NCBI GenBank assembly: GCA_965207735.1
Contig: OZ242296.1
Location: 4,768,001-4,832,000 of the forward strand
Length of the DNA stretch: 64,000 bases
Source of the DNA: Candidatus Versatilivorator sp.
GTDB lineage: Bacteria; Acidobacteriota; Terriglobia; Versatilivoradales; Versatilivoraceae
Direction of reading: 5' to 3'
The position numbers and the translations under genes are program-made. Shown here in pieces: positions 58,161 to 64,000 of this stretch. Numbering within the stretch: position 1 is the first letter of the stretch; each line of letters starts with the position of its first letter. The notes under the pieces are model-generated. The model did not search any database and was not told the origin of the DNA. It worked only from the letters and a program-made list of their open reading frames with translations.

Positions 58161-59238
58161 TCCTCTTTCCTCCGTCAAGCCGGCGGTAAGGAACCTGAAG
58201 CCCTATGCGCTCAAGCACTTCAGGGCGCCGGTAAAGGTCAACCAGAACGAAAACCCCTTCGATATGCCCGAGGCGGTCAAGCGGGCGGTGCACCAGGCCG
58301 TGGCCAAGACAGCCTGGTGCCGCTATCCGGATTTCGTGCCCGCCTCCCTCATCTCCCGGTTGGCTGACTTCAGCCATTGGAAGAAGGAGGGAGTGCTGGT
58401 GGGGAACGGCTCCAATGAGTTGATCGAAGCCCTGATGGTGGTGGTGGTGGAGAGGGGCAAGAAGGTGGTGATTCCCCAGCCTACCTTCACCCTCTACGGG
58501 ATGTTCGCGCGGATTCTGGGCGGGGAATGCCGGGAAGTACCCCTCAGGCCCGACCTGGAGTTCGACGGGCCGCGCTTGCTGAGGGAAGTCGGTGAAGCGG
58601 ATCTGACCATCCTGTGCTCGCCCAACAATCCCACAGGCGGAGTGGTGGGCCGCGGGGACCTGGAACGGATCCTGCGCCAGGCGGGTGGACTGGTGGTGGT
58701 TGACGAGGCCTACCACGAGTTCAGCCGGCAGTCGGTGGTGCCGCTTCTGGAACGTTTCGAGAACCTGGTGGTGCTCAGGACCTTTTCGAAGGCGATGTCG
58801 ATGGCCGGTCTGAGAGTCGGCTATCTTCTGGGCCGCCCGGAACTGGTGGAGCAGGTGTCCAAGGCCAAGCTCCCCTACAACCTCAATGTGTTTTCCACGG
58901 CGGCGGCCTCGGCGGCGCTGGAGCATTTCGACTTGCTGAAGCCGCAGATCGAACGGGTGATTGCCGAGCGGGACCGGCTGTGGGAAGGCCTGACCCGTAT
59001 TCCCGGCGTGGAGCCCTTTCCCTCGCGGGCCAATTTCATGGTCTTTCGGCTGGCCGCGGACCCGGGTAGGGTCTTCAAGGACTTGTGCGAGGAGGGAATC
59101 CTGGTGCGGGACGTCAGCCGCTATCCCATGCTGCAGCAGTTTCTCAGGGTGAGCGTGGGTCTGCCCCAGGAAAATGACCGCTTTCTGGCGGCCTTGAGTC
59201 GGATCATGAAGTCACAGTCTGCGGTCGTTCCCGCATAG
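58153..59238 (+). CDS. hisC: Histidinol-phosphate aminotransferase
   Basis: NENP, RYPD, GNGSNE, SPNNPTG, DEAY, RTFSKA..AGLRVGY. Confidence 0.95.
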   Translation: MGDPLSSVKPAVRNLKPYALKHFRAPVKVNQNENPFDMPEAVKRAVHQAVAKTAWCRYPDFVPASLISRLADFSHWKKEGVLVGNGSNELIEALMVVVVERGKKVVIPQPTFTLYGMFARILGGECREVPLRPDLEFDGPRLLREVGEADLTILCSPNNPTGGVVGRGDLERILRQAGGLVVVDEAYHEFSRQSVVPLLERFENLVVLRTFSKAMSMAGLRVGYLLGRPELVEQVSKAKLPYNLNVFSTAAASAALEHFDLLKPQIERVIAERDRLWEGLTRIPGVEPFPSRANFMVFRLAADPGRVFKDLCEEGILVRDVSRYPMLQQFLRVSVGLPQENDRFLAALSRIMKSQSAVVPA

Positions 59239-59278
59239 CCGGCAGTCGGAGGCGCCGGGGAATCAATTTCTTATGAAA

Positions 59279-59370
59279 CCACAAAAAGCACAAAAGTCAC
59301 AAAACTAGTTTCTTGATTGAGAGTCTTACCGATCCGATGGTTCTTTCTGTGTTTTTTGTGCCTTTTGTGG
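59279..59370. repeat. 9-bp periodic AT-rich inverted (hairpin) element
   Basis: ccacaaaaagcacaaaagtcacaaaa ... tctgtgttttttgtgccttttgtgg; outer 17 bp inverted with 1 mismatch. Confidence 0.85.
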
Positions 59371-59494
59371 CCATTCAGTATGAGACGGCCAACGGGTCCA
59401 GTGACCGGTTATCCATGTGAGCTATCCCTGAAAGTCGCGAGGCGGTGGCCAGGCTAGCCGTGGGGCTGGTTGAGTGGCACCTAGGAGGTGAGGG

Positions 59495-60088
59495 TTGAAG
59501 AATCAGCGGACATCCGAAATATCCCGCAAGACCAGCGAAACCGATATTTCAGTCAGGTTGAACCTGGATGGAGAGGGATTCTCTCAGGTTTCGACGGGAA
59601 TTCACTTCTTCGATCACATGTTGATCCTGATGGCGAAGCACGGCTTGTTCGACCTGGAGGTGCGCTGCAAGGGCGACCTGGAAGTGGACGGCCACCACAC
59701 CGTCGAGGACGTGGGGATCGCTCTGGGACAATCCTTCGACCGGGCCCTGGGCACCAAGGAAGGCATCACTCGCTACGGCACGGCTTATGTCCCCATGGAT
59801 GAAGCCCTGGGAAGGGCCGTGGTGGACTATTCAGGGCGCCCCTTTCTGGTCTGCAAAGTGGCCTTCCCGGCCGAAAAGGTCGGCGAGCTCAACACCGAGC
59901 TGGTGGAGGAATTTTTCCGTGCCCTGGCCGTCCACGGCAGAATGAATCTCCATATCGAAATCCTCTACGGGAAAAACTCCCACCACATGGCCGAGGCCAT
60001 GTTCAAGTCGGCCGGTCGTGCGCTCTCCCTGGCGGCCGCCAGGAATCCGGCAGTCAAGGGAGTCCCCTCCACCAAAGGCGTTCTGTGA
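59495..60088 (+). CDS. hisB: Imidazoleglycerol-phosphate dehydratase
   Basis: [37 protein letters not shown]; TTG start with AGGAGGT SD. Confidence 0.96.
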   Translation: MKNQRTSEISRKTSETDISVRLNLDGEGFSQVSTGIHFFDHMLILMAKHGLFDLEVRCKGDLEVDGHHTVEDVGIALGQSFDRALGTKEGITRYGTAYVPMDEALGRAVVDYSGRPFLVCKVAFPAEKVGELNTELVEEFFRALAVHGRMNLHIEILYGKNSHHMAEAMFKSAGRALSLAAARNPAVKGVPSTKGVL

Positions 60089-60687
60089 TGATTACCATCG
60101 TCGATTACGCCATCAACAATCTGCATAGCGTACAGAACGCCTTTCGAAGCCTGAAGATTCCGTCGCAGATCAGCCAGGACCCCGAGACGATACGGAGCGC
60201 CCGCAAGCTGATCCTGCCGGGGGTGGGAGCCTTTGCGGATGCGATGGACAATCTTCGCGCCAGGAAGCTGGTGGCGCTGCTCCGGGAAAAACTTGCCGAT
60301 GGGACTCCTCTGTTGGGACTGTGCCTGGGCCTCCAGCTGCTCTTCAGCGAAAGCGAGGAATTCGGTCCGGTTGCCGGGCTCGATTGCATTCCGGGGAGAG
60401 TCAAGAAGCTGCCGCCGGAAGTACAGGTTCCCCACATCGGTTGGAATCAGTTGCACCTGCTTAAATCCGATCCCTTGCTGGAGGGAGTGGCCGAGGGCAG
60501 TTTCGTCTATTTCGTCCACTCCTACTATGCCGTTCCCGTCGATGCCGGGCACGTCGTGGCCACCACCGACTACGGCATCGACTTCACGGCCATTACCCGG
60601 AAGGGAAACGTGTGGGCGACCCAGTTCCATCCCGAAAAGAGCCAGGACGTCGGTTTGCGCATCCTCAGGAATTTTGCCGGGCTCTGA
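60085..60687 (+). CDS. hisH: Imidazole glycerol phosphate synthase glutaminase subunit
   Basis: LPGVGAF, GLCLGLQ, PHIGWN, YFVHSY, QFHPEKS. Confidence 0.96.
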   Translation: MMITIVDYAINNLHSVQNAFRSLKIPSQISQDPETIRSARKLILPGVGAFADAMDNLRARKLVALLREKLADGTPLLGLCLGLQLLFSESEEFGPVAGLDCIPGRVKKLPPEVQVPHIGWNQLHLLKSDPLLEGVAEGSFVYFVHSYYAVPVDAGHVVATTDYGIDFTAITRKGNVWATQFHPEKSQDVGLRILRNFAGL

Positions 60688-60795
60688 ACGGTGGGATCCG
60701 CGCGCCTGGACAGGGTGGGCGACACCATGAGGGGACTGGGTCGGGGGCCGGCGGCACAAGCGCCGGATCGGCCATCGGGAATACAGGAAATCCAG

Positions 60796-61521
60796 ATGAT
60801 CATTTTTCCGGCCGTGGACATGCGTCGCGGCAGGTGTGTCCGCCTGGTCCAGGGGCGGGCAGAGCAGGAAACGGTCTACTCGGAGGATCCCCTGGTGGTT
60901 GCCCGCCAATGGTGTGACCAGGGCGCCTCCTGGCTTCACCTGGTGGACCTGGATGGAGCCATGGTCCAGGACAGCCACAACCGGGCCATTGCCCGGGAGA
61001 TTTTTCAGGCCTTGCCCATCCCGGTGCAGTTCGGGGGCGGGGTGCGAACTCTTTCCGACATCGGGGAACTGCTGTCCGCGGGAGCCGCCCGGGTGATCCT
61101 GGGGACGGTCGCGGTGGAGCGGCCCGATCTGGTGGAGGAGGCCTTGAGCCGGCATCCCGGCCAGGTGATCGTGGGGCTGGACGCCCGCCGGGGCCGGGTG
61201 GCGACTCGGGGGTGGAACCAGCTGGAGTCGCTGGAAGCGCTGCCCTTCGCCAGGGATCTGTCAATGCGCGGTGTGGACCGAATCGTCTACACCGACATCG
61301 GCAAGGATGGAACCCTCCAGGGACCCAACCTGGAGGCCATTGGGCAAATGGCTCGGGAGAGCGGATTGAAGGTGATTGCCTCCGGGGGGGTTTCCTCCCT
61401 GCAGGATCTGTCCCGGCTCAATGGTCTGAAGTCGAGCGGCGTAGAGGGGGTGATCGTGGGGAAGGCCTTGTATGAAGGCAGGTTTTCCCTGGAAGCGGCG
61501 CTGTCGGCGGTCAGGGGTTAG
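60796..61521 (+). CDS. hisA: ProFAR isomerase
   Basis: FPAVD...CVRL.QG, HLVDLDGA, QFGGGVR, TDIGKDG, IASGG, GKALYEG. Confidence 0.95.
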   Translation: MIIFPAVDMRRGRCVRLVQGRAEQETVYSEDPLVVARQWCDQGASWLHLVDLDGAMVQDSHNRAIAREIFQALPIPVQFGGGVRTLSDIGELLSAGAARVILGTVAVERPDLVEEALSRHPGQVIVGLDARRGRVATRGWNQLESLEALPFARDLSMRGVDRIVYTDIGKDGTLQGPNLEAIGQMARESGLKVIASGGVSSLQDLSRLNGLKSSGVEGVIVGKALYEGRFSLEAALSAVRG

Positions 61522-61563
61522 CGGCAGTCGGCCCTGGACGACGGGGCGGATCATACGAGGGTG

Positions 61564-61684
61564 AAACAATCGGAAATCGATAGTCCTTTCGTGAGGTTGC
61601 TATCCCGTCGCGGTTCACCTCAACGACTTAGTGGCCCTTCGTCGTTCTTAGTGGCCCTTGGTGGATAACTCTTTTTTCTTTTGT
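61564..61684 (+). repeat. About 120-bp dispersed element family D, copy 2
   Basis: aaacaatcggaaatcga...cggttcacctcaa..cttagtggcccttcgtcgttct..gtggccctt.gtggat.actct, homologous to the reverse complement of 25294-25413. Confidence 0.85.
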
Positions 61685-61740
61685 TTCAGGTATGCGGCCG
61701 GGGACCGGCTGGCGGTTGATTCGACGGAGCGAAAAGAATT

Positions 61741-62505
61741 ATGCTGGCGAAGCGCATTATTCCCTGCCTGGACGTGGACCGGGGGCGCGTGGTCAAAGGG
61801 GTCCATTTCGTGGACCTGGTGGATGCGGGCGACCCGGTCGAGTGCGGGAAGCGGTACGACCGGCAGGGCGCCGACGAGTTGGTCTTTCTGGACATTACAG
61901 CTTCTTCCGATGACCGCCACATCATGCTGGAGGTGGTTCAGCGGGTTGCCGAGTCCATTTTCATCCCCTTTACGGTCGGGGGAGGGATTCGCGATACCGG
62001 CGACGTCCAGAAAATTTTGCGGGCCGGTGCCGACAAGGTGTCCCTGAACACGGCGGCCGTCAAGAATCCCCAACTGGTCCGGGCGGGAGCCGAGAAATTC
62101 GGCAGTCAATGCATGGTGGTTGCCATTGACGCCAAGCGGACCGCTGCCGGCCGCAATCCCGCTTGGGAAGTTTATATCCACGGTGGCCGGACACCCACCG
62201 GCCTGGATGCCCTGGAGTGGGCCGAACAGGCGGAATCCGTGGGTGCCGGCGAAATCCTGCTGACCAGCATGGACCGGGATGGCACCCAGGAGGGTTATGA
62301 CCTGGAGCTGCTGCGGGCCGTGACCTCCCGGGTAGGGATTCCCGTGATTGCATCGGGAGGGGTGGGGACGCTGGAGCACCTCTTCCAGGGCCTGGCCCAG
62401 GGTGGCGCCCACGCCGCCCTGGCGGCATCCATCTTTCACTTCGGCACCCACACCCTCCAGCAGGCCAAGGACTATCTCAGGGCGCGTGGAGTGGTGGTTC
62501 GATGA
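61741..62505 (+). CDS. hisF: Imidazole glycerol phosphate synthase cyclase subunit
   Basis: [48 protein letters not shown]. Confidence 0.97.
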   Translation: MLAKRIIPCLDVDRGRVVKGVHFVDLVDAGDPVECGKRYDRQGADELVFLDITASSDDRHIMLEVVQRVAESIFIPFTVGGGIRDTGDVQKILRAGADKVSLNTAAVKNPQLVRAGAEKFGSQCMVVAIDAKRTAAGRNPAWEVYIHGGRTPTGLDALEWAEQAESVGAGEILLTSMDRDGTQEGYDLELLRAVTSRVGIPVIASGGVGTLEHLFQGLAQGGAHAALAASIFHFGTHTLQQAKDYLRARGVVVR

Positions 62506-63206
62506 GTATTCCGGAAGAAGTCATGTCACCCAGCCAAGCCGCGGAGATCGTCTCTCGATTGAAGTTCGACGCCGACGGTCTGATCCCGGCCATTGTGCAG
62601 GATGCCTCCACCCGGCAGGTCCTGACGGTGGCCTACATGAGTCGGGAAACCGTCAAGCTGTCGCTGACCCGAGGCGAGACCTGGTTCTGGAGTCGCAGCC
62701 GCCAGGAGATCTGGCACAAGGGCGAGACCTCCGGAAACACCCAGAAGATCGTCGAGATGCATCTGGACTGTGACGGAGATGCGCTGCTGGTGCTGGTGCA
62801 CCCCAGCGGTCCGGCCTGCCACACGGGGGCGCAGAGCTGCTTCCACCAGCGGCTCTTTTCCGCCGTCCCGGTGGAAGAAAGGCCTTTCGGCCGGTTCCCT
62901 GAAACGGTGGACCGGCTGGTGAAGACCATCAAGGACCGTCGCAAGCATCGCCCCGAAGGGTCCTACACCGGCTATCTGTTTACCCAGGGACGGGACAAGA
63001 TTCTCAAGAAGATCGGCGAGGAGTCGGCCGAGACCATCATCGCGGCCAAGAACCGGTCCAGGAAGGAGTTGACCGCGGAGAGCGCCGACCTTTTCTATCA
63101 TCTGCTGGTGTTGCTGGCTAACGAGGAGGTTGAGTTCGAAGAGGTGCTGGGCGAGCTCGACAGAAGATCCGGGAAAGGGCCGGCAGCTCCGCCCGAGCCG
63201 AAATGA
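62502..63206 (+). CDS. hisIE: Bifunctional PR-AMP cyclohydrolase/PR-ATP pyrophosphatase
   Basis: [47 protein letters not shown]. Confidence 0.95.
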   Translation: MSIPEEVMSPSQAAEIVSRLKFDADGLIPAIVQDASTRQVLTVAYMSRETVKLSLTRGETWFWSRSRQEIWHKGETSGNTQKIVEMHLDCDGDALLVLVHPSGPACHTGAQSCFHQRLFSAVPVEERPFGRFPETVDRLVKTIKDRRKHRPEGSYTGYLFTQGRDKILKKIGEESAETIIAAKNRSRKELTAESADLFYHLLVLLANEEVEFEEVLGELDRRSGKGPAAPPEPK

Positions 63207-63322
63207 CGGTCGCATCCCAGCCGTGCAGCCGCGTAGAGCACGCCCATCGGAGGGGGCGGGGAGACGCTCCCGCTCCTTTCGGGCCGCCCTCGGGGGAACA
63301 TTCCTCTGGGCCCGCTACATCC

Positions 63323-64000
63323 ATGATCCAACCCGACTACAACCAGTTCACCGCCTATTGCAGGCAGGGCAACATCGTTCCGGTCTACAAGGCTGTCGCG
63401 GCGGACCTGCTGACGCCGGTGCTGGCGTTCCTCAAGATTCAGGATTCCACCAGGAGCGCCTTTCTGCTGGAGAGCGTGGAAGGCGGCGAGAAGATTGCGC
63501 GCTACTCCTTTCTGGGGTGCAACCCCTATCTCACCTTCTGCTCCAGGGGAGAGACGGTAGAGATCAAGCGGGGCGGCGAGTCGATTCAACGAAAAGGGCG
63601 CCTGTTGGATGTCATGCGCAAGACCACCGACGGCTACCGCACCGTCAGGGTCCCGGGATTGCCACCCTTCACCGGTGGGGCGGTGGGGTATTTCGCCTAC
63701 GACACCGTTCGCTGGATCGAGAACATTCCGCATACCGGGGAGGACGAGCTGAATCTGGATGAATCGGTCCTGATGTATTTTTCCAATATCTTGGCTTTCG
63801 ACCATGTCCGGCAGCAGATCCTGATTATCGCCAACGTTTTCACCGAGGAGGGATCCGGGCCTCTGGAGGTCAAGTACCGAAACGCCGTCTCGGAAATCGA
63901 GGCCCTGGAAGACCGGTTGAATCGGCCGCTGCCGGCGCCCGAAGCGCCATCCTCCAACCACGGCTCCGTCCAGGTGCGGTCGAATTTCAGCAAGGAGGGG
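63323..64000 (+). CDS. trpE: Anthranilate synthase component I (partial, runs off window end)
   Basis: Manual translation MIQPDY...ADLLTPVLAFLK...FLLESVEGGEKIARYSFLG...LPPFTGGAVGYFAYD. Confidence 0.88.
   Translation, partial: MIQPDYNQFTAYCRQGNIVPVYKAVAADLLTPVLAFLKIQDSTRSAFLLESVEGGEKIARYSFLGCNPYLTFCSRGETVEIKRGGESIQRKGRLLDVMRKTTDGYRTVRVPGLPPFTGGAVGYFAYDTVRWIENIPHTGEDELNLDESVLMYFSNILAFDHVRQQILIIANVFTEEGSGPLEVKYRNAVSEIEALEDRLNRPLPAPEAPSSNHGSVQVRSNFSKEG

Overview
GC-rich bacterial chromosomal window, probably Acidobacteriota (inferred from a GWxTD protein, DUF3857 transglutaminase-like pair and carboxypeptidase-regulatory-domain proteins). It is mostly housekeeping: yceD-rpmF-fabD-fabG-acpP-fabF, uvrB, hisS-aspS-mutL, pyrD-pyrF, pta, rpsU, hisC-B-H-A-F-IE and a partial trpE. 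Catabolic and transport genes are interspersed. I saw no rRNA, tRNA, CRISPR array, integrase or transposase. The unusual signal is mainly intergenic: at least five distinct families of short palindromic or periodic repeat elements, including a 189-bp REP-like tandem array, a 34-bp inverted-repeat element and 7/9/10-bp periodic hairpin elements. One of the last encloses what looks like a decayed four-helix-bundle gene. Other candidates are a GWxTD / outer-membrane barrel / PDZ-histidine kinase / sigma54 regulator / TPR cluster resembling PrsK-PrsR-PrsT, an orphan plasmid-type ParA-RHH cassette, a JAB-DinG fusion, several apparent pseudo-enzymes and a candidate small RNA. All family calls come from motif recognition by eye; no searches were run.
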